A DNA stretch of 30,260 nucleotides, from the IMG/VR virus record IMGVR_UViG_3300038974_000803, positions 1 to 30,260 of that record; one strand, given 5' to 3'. A model generated the notes under the pieces. It made no database searches and was not told where the DNA came from. It was given only the letters and a program-made list of their open reading frames with translations. Source of the DNA: a virus (lineage: Duplodnaviria; Caudoviricetes). Numbering within the stretch: position 1 is the stretch's first letter; each line of letters opens with the position of its first letter. Position numbers and translations under genes: made by a program. Shown here one piece after another: positions 17,920 through 25,774 of the stretch.

Positions 17920-18800
17920 ACATTTTAATTACCGGAGCTATGGGCTTCATCGGAAAGCACCTACGCAGCAAACTCAATACAGAACATAACGGCAGTTTGA
18001 CGCTATACGATCTCGCGCTGGGAGACGACATCAGAAACCTGCATGACCTCGACAAAGCCTTCGATGCATCCCAATGCACTACGGTTATTCATCTGGCGGC
18101 CCGAGCCGGAGTACGACGCGGCAATGATTACCCGCATGAATACCTAACCACCAACATCGAAGGCACATGGAACATCGGTAAAATGTGCGAAAAGTACGGT
18201 TGCCGGCTGATCAGTTTCTCAAGTTCATCTGTATTCGGCGATGCTGCTCCACCGATTGTCGAACATGCTCCCAAGAATCCCGTCAATTTATACGGCATGA
18301 CCAAACTCATGGGCGAGCATATCGTAAACCGGTTAACAGTCCCGACAACGATTATTAGGCCGTTTACAGTTTACGGCAAAGAAGGACGCCGTGATCAGGT
18401 CTTTTACAAATGGCTAACCCAGTATCAATCAGGGAAGCCAATCACGGTTTACGGAAACGGATCCAGTATGCGCGGATACACATACGTCGATGATCTCGTA
18501 CAGGCCGTGTGCAATCTCGCTCTCATGGAAACCTGGCCCTGGGAGCACGAACATTTTAATCTGGGCGGCAATGAACGCATCAGTCTGAGCACTGTCATGA
18601 AAATCTTCCAGGAAATTATTCCGGATGCTGCTTTTGAATTCCTGCCCCAACAGGACTGTGATGTTGATGCCAGTTTCGCCAACACCGAAAAAGCAGCTTT
18701 TTTTCTTAACTGGGATCCCCCCAGGACATTCAGAGAGCACCTGATAGATATTATCCTCAGCGAAATCGGCAAAATGCCTGAAACAAATCAACTAAACTAA
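17916..18800 (+). CDS. NAD-dependent nucleotide-sugar epimerase (UDP-glucuronate 4-epimerase/WcaG-like)
   Basis: MNILITGAMGFIG, HLAARAGVR, SSSSVFG, YGMTK (YxxxK), RPFTVYG.EGR.D, RGYTYVDDLV and FNLG. ATGA overlap gives a 17916 start. Confidence 0.9.
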   Translation: MNILITGAMGFIGKHLRSKLNTEHNGSLTLYDLALGDDIRNLHDLDKAFDASQCTTVIHLAARAGVRRGNDYPHEYLTTNIEGTWNIGKMCEKYGCRLISFSSSSVFGDAAPPIVEHAPKNPVNLYGMTKLMGEHIVNRLTVPTTIIRPFTVYGKEGRRDQVFYKWLTQYQSGKPITVYGNGSSMRGYTYVDDLVQAVCNLALMETWPWEHEHFNLGGNERISLSTVMKIFQEIIPDAAFEFLPQQDCDVDASFANTEKAAFFLNWDPPRTFREHLIDIILSEIGKMPETNQLN

Positions 18801-18825
18801 AACATTGAAAGGACAAGGTGACATC

Positions 18826-19404
18826 ATGAGTAACAGAGAACACGTTTTGATGAAATGCGCGAGAATCATGGACAAAGTACCCGGTGAGAATATTATCGGA
18901 GTAGAAGTCGGCGTCTTCGCCGCCCAACTTTCCAGCACAATACTTCCGGCATACCCAAGACTCAAGAAACTTTACGGAATCGACCCCTATTTTACTTTCA
19001 AGAAACGCACTGCCTGGCCGCAGGAAAGATGGGACGAATTATACAACGACGTCCAGCGTGTCATGGCGGTGTATGGCAACCGCTGGGAACTGATCCGTAA
19101 AACATCTCTTGAAGCATTAAACGATCTGCCTGATAATCTGGACTTTGTATATCTTGACGGCGACCATTCCGCCGAAGTCGTCGAGCAGGAAATACCTCTC
19201 TTTGAAGCAAAAATCAAAGACGGCGGGCTTCTTTGCGGCCATGATTATGTCGGAACTGGAGAGCCGGGTGTCAAGCCGACAGTAGATACATTCGCCCGTG
19301 TCAATAACCGTGATCTGCATGTCGATGCAGACGCAAATATGTGGTGGTGGATTGTCCAGCGAGAACCTGTCGAAGAACTTCAAGAAGACAACGAGGAGGA
19401 ATAA
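18826..19404 (+). CDS. Class I SAM-dependent methyltransferase (Methyltransf_24-like, sugar O-methyltransferase type)
   Basis: GVEVGVF, LYGIDPY, LDFVYLDGDHS, IKDGGLLCGHDY and GVKPTVD. Confidence 0.85.
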   Translation: MSNREHVLMKCARIMDKVPGENIIGVEVGVFAAQLSSTILPAYPRLKKLYGIDPYFTFKKRTAWPQERWDELYNDVQRVMAVYGNRWELIRKTSLEALNDLPDNLDFVYLDGDHSAEVVEQEIPLFEAKIKDGGLLCGHDYVGTGEPGVKPTVDTFARVNNRDLHVDADANMWWWIVQREPVEELQEDNEEE

Positions 19405-19407
19405 TCC

Positions 19408-20418
19408 ATGACCCCAAACAAATTGTCGGTTATCATCCCCTTCGCACAGGAACACCCGCAGATCGCGTTCACCGTGCAGAATATTTACTGCGAACTGCGT
19501 GACAAGTGCGACTTCGAGATCATTGTCATCGATAATTACTGCAGTGAGCTTCAGTATCAGCTTGATGCCAAAAACGAGAAACAGGACAATGGTAGCAAAT
19601 ATATGTCCGAACTGGCCAATGAACAACGTCCCTGGCTAAAATATCTGCATTACGCCGAAAAGTTATCTCACTGGCAGGCCAAGAACCTCGGCGTCCGTAA
19701 CTCCGACGGTGAGTTCCTGTGGTTCGTTGATTCGCATTGCATTGTTTCTCCCGGAGCATTGTCCGGCATGTTCGAATATTACCGGCAATACCATAAAGAA
19801 CTCAACGGCACTCTGCACATGCCGATCTCCTACATGCTTGAGAGACCCGGCCTGGAACTGATTTACAAATTAATTCACGACCGGGAACATGGCGTCATGC
19901 ATTACGCATTCACGCGCTATCTCGAAAGCGACCATGTTTATCGCGTCCCGTGCATGTCCACCTGCGGCATGATGATGTCCAGGGAACTTTACGATCTGCT
20001 GGGCGGCTGGCCAACTGAACTGGGCATCTATGGCGGTGGAGAGCATTTTATTAATTTTACACTGGCCACCATGGACAAAACAATCAATATCGCCCCGATC
20101 AGGCCACTGTATCACTATGCCGCTCCACGCGGATACAGTTGGAATTACATCGATTATCACCGAAACCGTTGTATCGCGACATATATGTTCGGCGGAGAAG
20201 AGTGGGCTTATCGCTATATTATGAACATCAAGCCGCATGACTCCGAACACGATGCCTTTAAACAAGCCGTTTTCTCCTCAGTCATCGGCTCGAAGGCATG
20301 CATACAACAACGCAACGACTTGATTTCAAAACAAAAAACAACCATTGACGCCTGGCTCGAAGCACAGAAAACCTTGTTTCCTAAGAACATGTGCGCATCT
20401 GTGGAAAAAGAAAATTAA
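19408..20418 (+). CDS. GT-A glycosyltransferase with polypeptide GalNAc-transferase-like motifs
   Basis: LSVIIPF, EIIVIDN, AKNLGVRNSDGEFLWFVDSHC (DxH), LLGGWPTELGIYGGGE and LYHY. RBS GAGGAGG. Confidence 0.85.
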   Translation: MTPNKLSVIIPFAQEHPQIAFTVQNIYCELRDKCDFEIIVIDNYCSELQYQLDAKNEKQDNGSKYMSELANEQRPWLKYLHYAEKLSHWQAKNLGVRNSDGEFLWFVDSHCIVSPGALSGMFEYYRQYHKELNGTLHMPISYMLERPGLELIYKLIHDREHGVMHYAFTRYLESDHVYRVPCMSTCGMMMSRELYDLLGGWPTELGIYGGGEHFINFTLATMDKTINIAPIRPLYHYAAPRGYSWNYIDYHRNRCIATYMFGGEEWAYRYIMNIKPHDSEHDAFKQAVFSSVIGSKACIQQRNDLISKQKTTIDAWLEAQKTLFPKNMCASVEKEN

Positions 20419-20440
20419 CGTTATTCGGGATTTAGACAAG

Positions 20441-20504
20441 ATAAGATGGGATTGGGATTGGAATAAGATGGGAAGTTAAAAAAAGGTTGACATTTAAAGA
20501 TGGG
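20441..20504 (+). repeat. Three direct AAGATGGG boxes (20443, 20465, 20497)
   Basis: ATAAGATGGGA at 20441 and 20463, and AAGATGGG at 20497. Spacings are 22 and 32 nt. Confidence 0.7.
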
Positions 20505-20514
20505 GCAGTATATT
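20487..20514 (+). promoter_or_regulatory. Sigma70-like promoter
   Basis: Perfect TTGACA (20487-20492), 16-nt spacer, TATATT (20509-20514), with an A-tract just upstream (UP-element-like). Confidence 0.6.
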
Positions 20515-20519
20515 AATGC

Positions 20520-20629
20520 TACGCAAAAATGCGTTTTAACCTAATTAAAATGCGTTGTAACATACAAGTTTTCTATTCGGACTGTCACACAAAAGGGATG
20601 CCCTGCGACGGCAGGGCATCCCTTTTTTT
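20520..20629 (+). ncRNA. Candidate small RNA of about 110 nt between the promoter and the terminator
   Basis: No RBS-bearing ORF between promoter and terminator. Internal hairpin GCGTTTTAA/TTAAAATGC and a duplicated AAAATGCGTT. Confidence 0.35.
20591..20629. terminator. Bidirectional Rho-independent terminator between convergent operons
   Basis: AAAA-GGGATGCCCTGC-GACG-GCAGGGCATCCC-TTTTTTT, a perfect 12-bp stem flanked by A and T tracts. Confidence 0.92.
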
Positions 20630-20634
20630 GCATT

Positions 20635-20844
20635 TTAATGTTTTTTCTTGTTCTTGGTGCATTGGCACCAATATTGATGGAATGCTTCCTGCTGATCGCT
20701 GGATAATCCCTGTCGCGTGATAAACCAAATATAAGATTGTTCGAAAACATTCCAATGCGTATCGACCTTGATGGCGGCAAACGCACTGTAATGTTCTTTA
20801 ACCAATTTACTTATTGATTTGCATTCAGCATCGGAAAGATTCAT
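20635..20844 (-). CDS. Hypothetical protein (69 aa)
   Basis: RBS GGAGG before the ATG at 20844. ATGA-coupled to the upstream Zn-finger ORF and ends just before the terminator. Confidence 0.65.
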   Translation of the reverse strand: MNLSDAECKSISKLVKEHYSAFAAIKVDTHWNVFEQSYIWFITRQGLSSDQQEAFHQYWCQCTKNKKKH

Positions 20845-20999
20845 GTTTCTTCCTCCGGATTCATATTCACTTCTTTCCACGCCATGAACCGGTGACGGTC
20901 ACAACAATAACGTTGCCATTTTCGATTAGGTAAGAATTTTATTCTGCATTGATTATATGCACATTTGCGGGGTTCCAATTTTTGTTTAACATATGCCAT
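20841..20999 (-). CDS. Small Cys/His zinc-finger protein, 52 aa (MAYVKQKLEPRKCAYNQCRIKFLPNRKWQRYCCDRHRFMAWKE...), not in the ORF track
   Basis: RBS CAGGAG. The Cx4C..F.P.R..Q.YCCxxH pattern resembles small phage Zn-finger proteins. Stop overlaps the next start. Confidence 0.7.
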   Translation of the reverse strand: MAYVKQKLEPRKCAYNQCRIKFLPNRKWQRYCCDRHRFMAWKEVNMNPEEET

Positions 21000-21020
21000 G
21001 CGTCTGAACTCCTGTAAAAA

Positions 21021-21362
21021 TCAGATTTGAATACCGAATTTAGCGAATAGCGCGCGTGTGGTAGGAACATCTTCTACGCGACCACCGATGCAACCTGTAC
21101 GTAGCCACGCATTCATCTCGTGTTCCTGTAAAGACGTCATGTGTTTTTTAGGCTGCTTGACTTCCAGCTCAAAATGCCGGCCGTTCAAACATCCGAAAAT
21201 ATCTGCGCCGCCTTTTATGCCGAATCCGGTTTGTGTCCGAACTTCCGCGCGACATTGTGGCAGGGCATTTAAATATTTGACAATATTGCGTTGTCGTGTT
21301 TTTTCCAGAACAGACGCTCCTTTGCGTTTTCTTGTTGTTATTGGTATAAAATCGTCTTTCAT
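21021..21362 (-). CDS. VRR-NUC domain nuclease / Holliday junction resolvase-like
   Basis: LEKTRQRNIVKYL, GGADIFGCLNGRHFELEVKQP and TSLQ form a PD-(D/E)xK VRR-NUC pattern. RBS AGGAGG. Confidence 0.85.
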   Translation of the reverse strand: MKDDFIPITTRKRKGASVLEKTRQRNIVKYLNALPQCRAEVRTQTGFGIKGGADIFGCLNGRHFELEVKQPKKHMTSLQEHEMNAWLRTGCIGGRVEDVPTTRALFAKFGIQI

Positions 21363-21374
21363 GGACCGAGCCTC

Positions 21375-21542
21375 CTAGGTTGTAGCGATAATAATAATCC
21401 AAATTAAAAAATTAGCTAAGGCAAACAGTTTGATCATCGGTGTATCATTGATCCAGATATCTGTTCCCCATATAACGTTCCATATTCCTATCTGTTTTAC
21501 CATTTTCAGTGGAATATCAATGTCGATTGCCCGATATTTCAT
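21375..21542 (-). CDS. Small membrane protein, 55 aa (…IKLFALANFLIWIIIIATT), not in the ORF track
   Basis: RBS GAGGAG, ATG at 21542, TAG at 21375-21377. Fills the gap between the UvrD and VRR-NUC genes. C-terminal hydrophobic helix. Confidence 0.6.
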   Translation of the reverse strand: MKYRAIDIDIPLKMVKQIGIWNVIWGTDIWINDTPMIKLFALANFLIWIIIIATT

Positions 21543-21561
21543 TTTACAATTCTCCTCGTAT

Positions 21562-23157
21562 TTATTGTAATCTTACGCTCAGCTCAGAATTGGGCTGACA
21601 TAAAATTAATGTTTCTCTAGCTCGTGTCATTCCGACGTAGAACGTCCTGATGGTCGAGTCCGGGTTAAGTTTGTAATCCTGATAAGCGGCCAGCGACATA
21701 TCAGGAAATAAAATCGTGACGTCCGCCTCACCACCCTTTACGCTATGGATCGTTCCAATAATCAGTTTCGGTTTTTCCTCAAGAACAGATTTGCCTTTCT
21801 TGGAATAAACTGTCAGCGGATATTCAACCGCATTGCGCTTTGAAGCCAACAAAACATCTTTGAACCAAACCAGATCGCGGTTTAGCGCTCGTTCCAGAGC
21901 GAACGGTTCAAAAATATCTGCGTAGAATTCTTTTTCCTGAAAAATATTCCCTTTGTTGATTTCCATAACATCCTGGATCCTGTCCTTGGCATATTTCTTC
22001 ATGACGCCTTTCTGTTTAACCAGTTCCAGCCAGAGCGATAAATCCTTGCCGCTCCAGTAATAATTATCGGTATTCAAAAAAGCCAACAGGCGTTCCATGG
22101 TGCTGATCTTATTGGTATGCCGGTGAAAGAAGTGTCCCATTGGATTCCAGTCGCCCCGCGACGGGCGGTATGGATTGTGGAACGTGATGCCCGAGCTTTT
22201 TAATAATTTCTTCAGGGGCTCCAATAAATAGCCACAGGACGACAGCATCATGACAGTCTTTCCGTTGCTGATATATTTTTCAGCGAGCTCCAGAGCCTTG
22301 TGCGGCGCCTTATATGTGGCTATGCTATGTAAAATCTCACCTTCGATGTTCTTGGGCAAAAACTCTTTCGGTTCTCTGTTTTTAATCTGTTTGATCCATC
22401 GCTGCGAATATTCATGAATTTTACGGGGCAGACGCCATGACTGATTAAGAACACGCTTGTAAACATCGTCTATTGGCGGATAAAGAAATGCTTCCGGACT
22501 CGCTCCTGCAAAATCAAACAAAACCTGATCATCATCTCCCGCCAGGATTATTTGATCCTGAAACTTTGCCCAATGACGGATGAGCTTCATTTCCAGAGCG
22601 TTAAAATCCTGCACTTCGTCATAAATACCGATCCTCGGATTGCCGGGATACGGTTCTTCCATGGCGATGGTGATTTCAATCATGTCCGTAAAATCGACAT
22701 AATTATGCTCTAATTTCCATGATTCCCATTTCTTGATCCAGTGGATAGTCGGCTTGCTCAGATTTTCTACGGGTTGCAATTTTGCCCGGCATATATTGTA
22801 TTCCGCCATGCACTTATCGCCGTCAGTCTTGAAAACCACGTCAGCGGCCATTTCATCCATTCGGCTCTCGCCGTTAATAGTAATTGCTGCCTCGGGATAT
22901 TGTTCATTGAACTTGGCCGCGTTTACCTCTGCAATCTCGTAATCTTTCATACAGCGATAGCATAATGAATGCAGTGTGCCGATATTCTCTCTTGGAATCG
23001 GAAGGCCTCTGCGGTTTAATACATTTGCTGCCGTTCTCGTATAACTGGCAACGATAACATTCTCACTGCCGTGTTTTTCAGCAGCGTTCTCTATTTGTCT
23101 TGCAAGATAAGTTGTTTTGCCGCAACCAGGCGGGCCCAGTACCCTAAATTCGTTCAT
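21562..23157 (-). CDS. UvrD/Rep-like superfamily 1 DNA helicase
   Basis: GPPGCGKTT, YTRTAA, GTLHSLCY, DFTDMI, DEVQD, GDDDQ, LNQSWR, TIHSVKGGEAD and FYVGMTRARE. Confidence 0.93.
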   Translation of the reverse strand: MNEFRVLGPPGCGKTTYLARQIENAAEKHGSENVIVASYTRTAANVLNRRGLPIPRENIGTLHSLCYRCMKDYEIAEVNAAKFNEQYPEAAITINGESRMDEMAADVVFKTDGDKCMAEYNICRAKLQPVENLSKPTIHWIKKWESWKLEHNYVDFTDMIEITIAMEEPYPGNPRIGIYDEVQDFNALEMKLIRHWAKFQDQIILAGDDDQVLFDFAGASPEAFLYPPIDDVYKRVLNQSWRLPRKIHEYSQRWIKQIKNREPKEFLPKNIEGEILHSIATYKAPHKALELAEKYISNGKTVMMLSSCGYLLEPLKKLLKSSGITFHNPYRPSRGDWNPMGHFFHRHTNKISTMERLLAFLNTDNYYWSGKDLSLWLELVKQKGVMKKYAKDRIQDVMEINKGNIFQEKEFYADIFEPFALERALNRDLVWFKDVLLASKRNAVEYPLTVYSKKGKSVLEEKPKLIIGTIHSVKGGEADVTILFPDMSLAAYQDYKLNPDSTIRTFYVGMTRARETLILCQPNSELSVRLQ

Positions 23158-23522
23158 GCCGGTATATCCATATTGTTTGTTTTATTTTTTATTTGTTCAT
23201 GAAGCATACCCATGACGTTGAACAACAATGCACAGAGAGCTTCTTCATCTAACTTAGTGCCCCTGTACGACTTCCAAACATCCATAAAGTGCCGCCACAT
23301 CGATTTCATATAGGAATTCACCGGAATACCTTTTTGCCAATTATCCGATTCCCTGAGTGTTCCGTCGCTTTGCATTAAGTGCTTGTTCATGTACTGGGCG
23401 TAACGTTCAAGAACGAGCGGACTCAAAAAACCCTCATAATCCAGCTTTCCACAGTCGGTGTCCCGGGTCGCTCCGGTTTTGAACTTTCTTACATTGTTGT
23501 TTTTATTACTCTTTTTGTCCAT
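23154..23522 (-). CDS. dATP/dGTP diphosphohydrolase-like protein (DUF5664-type)
   Basis: FKTGATRDTDCGKLDYE, DNWQKGIP, SMWRH and ALLFNVMGMLH fit the pattern of this phage family. Confidence 0.7.
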   Translation of the reverse strand: MDKKSNKNNNVRKFKTGATRDTDCGKLDYEGFLSPLVLERYAQYMNKHLMQSDGTLRESDNWQKGIPVNSYMKSMWRHFMDVWKSYRGTKLDEEALCALLFNVMGMLHEQIKNKTNNMDIPA

Positions 23523-23530
23523 GTTGCCCT

Positions 23531-23894
23531 CCTATATAGGGGATATTTGAAGATATTTATTTTAAAAAAACCTCAAAAAAGTGCGATCTGATATGTGTAA
23601 TAATTGTCATTAATTGTCATTAATTGTCATTAATTGTTATCTTTACTGTGTAAATACTTGTTATGTATAAGTTAATTGTCATAAGTGTTATTTTTTAAGT
23701 TTTTTATTTATTTTTTTAAAATAATTCTTCAAAAAACCCCTATATAGGGGGAAAATTTGCTAAAAAAAATTTCAATTTTGACAATTATGGCAATTAAATC
23801 GGTTAAAATTGAACCTATCCTATTGATATATTTAAGATTTAAGTTAATTGTTATCGGCATTTTTAATCCAATTATGACAATTATCATCAATTAA
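23531..23894. repeat. Putative replication origin: AT-rich region with TAATTGTCAT iterons and CCTATATAGG palindromes
   Basis: Tandem TAATTGTCAT x3 + TAATTGTTAT (23601-23640). Further copies near 23673 and 23845, inverted copies near 23779, 23788 and 23874. Palindromes at 23531-23540 and 23737-23750. Directly downstream of the primase gene. Confidence 0.8.
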
Positions 23895-25712
23895 TTAATG
23901 AATTTCAACGCTTACAATCGGGCCATTGTCACAAGCATCCATTACATCGTTCATAGCTGTGACATCCTGATTATTTTTGTTGGCATGTTTGAGCATGTTT
24001 ACATCAAGGAATTCCCGGAGTAACGGATCTGCGGTAATCGGGATTTTCCAAATCGCCCTATTCCTGTATGAACCGTTTTCGTTTTTGAAATTTTTCTGAT
24101 CGGGAATAAAACCGTAGTCCTTGAGCATAACACCCAGTTTTATTGCCGAAATGGGCTCGCGCTGAAACGTCTGGCAATATTTTCTTAGTTCCTGTCCAAA
24201 GATAAAAAACAAACTGCCTTCGAAAAATGCCCGCTTGGAGAGTTCCGCTTCGTTCGGATCATAAAGCGGTGCGAACGTTGTTAAGTACTCCTTAAGCCAG
24301 TATCGGACCCGCCCCGTGTTGGATGTGTCTTCGCCGGCAGAGGCTTCTTCGCAAATATTCAGCATGGCTTGAGATAGATTTTGCCATACGGTTTTTGATA
24401 AATAGGGAAGAAAAACCCCGATTGCGTCAGCTAATCTGTCGCGAAAATGTGCTTGATTGGTAATATTGTGAATGGTTCCCAGAGGAATGACTTTGTTTTT
24501 TGTGATAATCCGATATTCAGCCGGATCGATCATTAATTTTTCGATTTTGATCATGTTAATCCCGATAATATCGGAGATGCACTTTTTAGCTTTATTTTTG
24601 ATTTCGTCGATTTTGGCGTTGTCAACCGCAACGTTATTGGCCATATCGATTAGAATGTTATTTAGTTCTTTAAAATGATTGTTCTGTCGGATGACACTGG
24701 ACGCTGTGACCAATGTCCGTTCGTAATATTTTTCAATAAGTTTAGCTGGAAGGTTATTGTTGCGGCGGAAAGCGATTAATGTATCGACGATTTCCTGTTC
24801 AGTGAATTCATTAGCGAACAAAATAGACGCAATGGATAAATCATACGCTGACGGAGATTCATCACCGGACTTGAACTTTGCGCGATGCTCCCAACTTGCT
24901 TTGAGCTTACTGTCAAACTCCAGGAGCGTATCAAATTTCGGTTGTGGCGGATTGGCTTGCGGATTCAAAACCAGTGTTTTGCCGTTTATCACAGACGTAT
25001 TGACCACCTTTACGCTTTTGCGATCCTCAATGGGTGTGGCATTATCGCCCAAATCTTCCCGAAATTTATTAAGTGCATCCTGGAATTCCAGCGGTGTGTA
25101 GAAATTTTCCGTGCAGTTCTCCAGTCTTACCGGCAACGGTGTTTCATCTTTAAAATTCATACCGCCCGGTATCCGGAATACCCTGGACAAATCAAACGTC
25201 ATATCCAGATCGTATCCGAGTGATCTTGCGCGATCTCTCATGCTCCAAGTAAACTTGTGCAGTAAATCAGCCGCTCTGTCATGTGATTTCTGATCGGGTA
25301 GACGACCGAATTGCTTAAAAACCCACCAGAACTGAAAACCATGTCCGCTGTGGACAGTCATTGTCGGAGCCAGCGGAAAAGCGGCAATAATCTCTTTTGC
25401 CTTTTCTTCATTTTCCGGCAAATTGGATTTGGAATGAACCGGATCCAGAATATCAACGTCCAACCAGGCGGCCGGAATACCGGAAATATCTTCCGCCTTG
25501 CACCTTGCGTACGCCGACAAAGCTTTGGCCGACGTTCCACAACCAACATAGGTATCCTGATTAATGCCATATTTTTCAAAATGCTTAATTGCGTCCTGTG
25601 TTTTCTTGAACCAATACGACACTTTCTTATCTTTGCGTTTTTCCCAAATCAGAATATGATCTTTGTCCGGTTTGTCATGGAATAATGTTTTTAAAAATAA
25701 CTCAGCACTCAT
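23895..25712 (-). CDS. RepB-type (archaeo-eukaryotic) DNA primase / replication initiator
   Basis: AWLDVD (DxD), VHSGHGFQFWW and DLSRVFRIPG..NFK are AEP motifs. Helical ESPSAYDLSIA..YYERTL domain. No Walker A motif seen. Confidence 0.85.
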   Translation of the reverse strand: MSAELFLKTLFHDKPDKDHILIWEKRKDKKVSYWFKKTQDAIKHFEKYGINQDTYVGCGTSAKALSAYARCKAEDISGIPAAWLDVDILDPVHSKSNLPENEEKAKEIIAAFPLAPTMTVHSGHGFQFWWVFKQFGRLPDQKSHDRAADLLHKFTWSMRDRARSLGYDLDMTFDLSRVFRIPGGMNFKDETPLPVRLENCTENFYTPLEFQDALNKFREDLGDNATPIEDRKSVKVVNTSVINGKTLVLNPQANPPQPKFDTLLEFDSKLKASWEHRAKFKSGDESPSAYDLSIASILFANEFTEQEIVDTLIAFRRNNNLPAKLIEKYYERTLVTASSVIRQNNHFKELNNILIDMANNVAVDNAKIDEIKNKAKKCISDIIGINMIKIEKLMIDPAEYRIITKNKVIPLGTIHNITNQAHFRDRLADAIGVFLPYLSKTVWQNLSQAMLNICEEASAGEDTSNTGRVRYWLKEYLTTFAPLYDPNEAELSKRAFFEGSLFFIFGQELRKYCQTFQREPISAIKLGVMLKDYGFIPDQKNFKNENGSYRNRAIWKIPITADPLLREFLDVNMLKHANKNNQDVTAMNDVMDACDNGPIVSVEIH

Positions 25713-25739
25713 AATGACCTCGAAGATAGAGAAAGACGT

Positions 25740-25761
25740 GGGGCGGACTTATGCCCGCCCC
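25740..25761 (-). other. GC-rich intergenic hairpin between the putative SSB and primase genes
   Basis: Minus strand GGGGCGGGC-ATAA-GTCCGCCCC with only a weak downstream pyrimidine tract. Could be an attenuator or mRNA-stability element. Confidence 0.5.
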
Positions 25762-25774
25762 CCAGTGGAGTTGG

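Noticed and set aside
14777-20418. Classical serotype-conversion (gtrABC/oac) cassette
   Set aside because: No flippase, bactoprenol-linked membrane GT or multi-pass acyltransferase. All seven proteins look soluble.
14495-20563. Imperfect inverted repeat ATGCTACAACG (14495) / CGTTGTAACAT (20553) flanking the glycan operon as mobile-element ends or an sRNA target
   Set aside because: Only a 10/11 match between AT-rich intergenic regions, with no transposase or target duplication. Could easily be chance.
20529-20786. ORF-track ORFs 20529-20720 (+) and 20541-20786 (-)
   Set aside because: Both run through the strong terminator hairpin, lack an RBS and overlap a better-supported gene.
23601-23640. 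Tandem repeats as a CRISPR array
   Set aside because: The 10-bp units are directly adjacent with no spacers and no cas genes. They fit iterons better.
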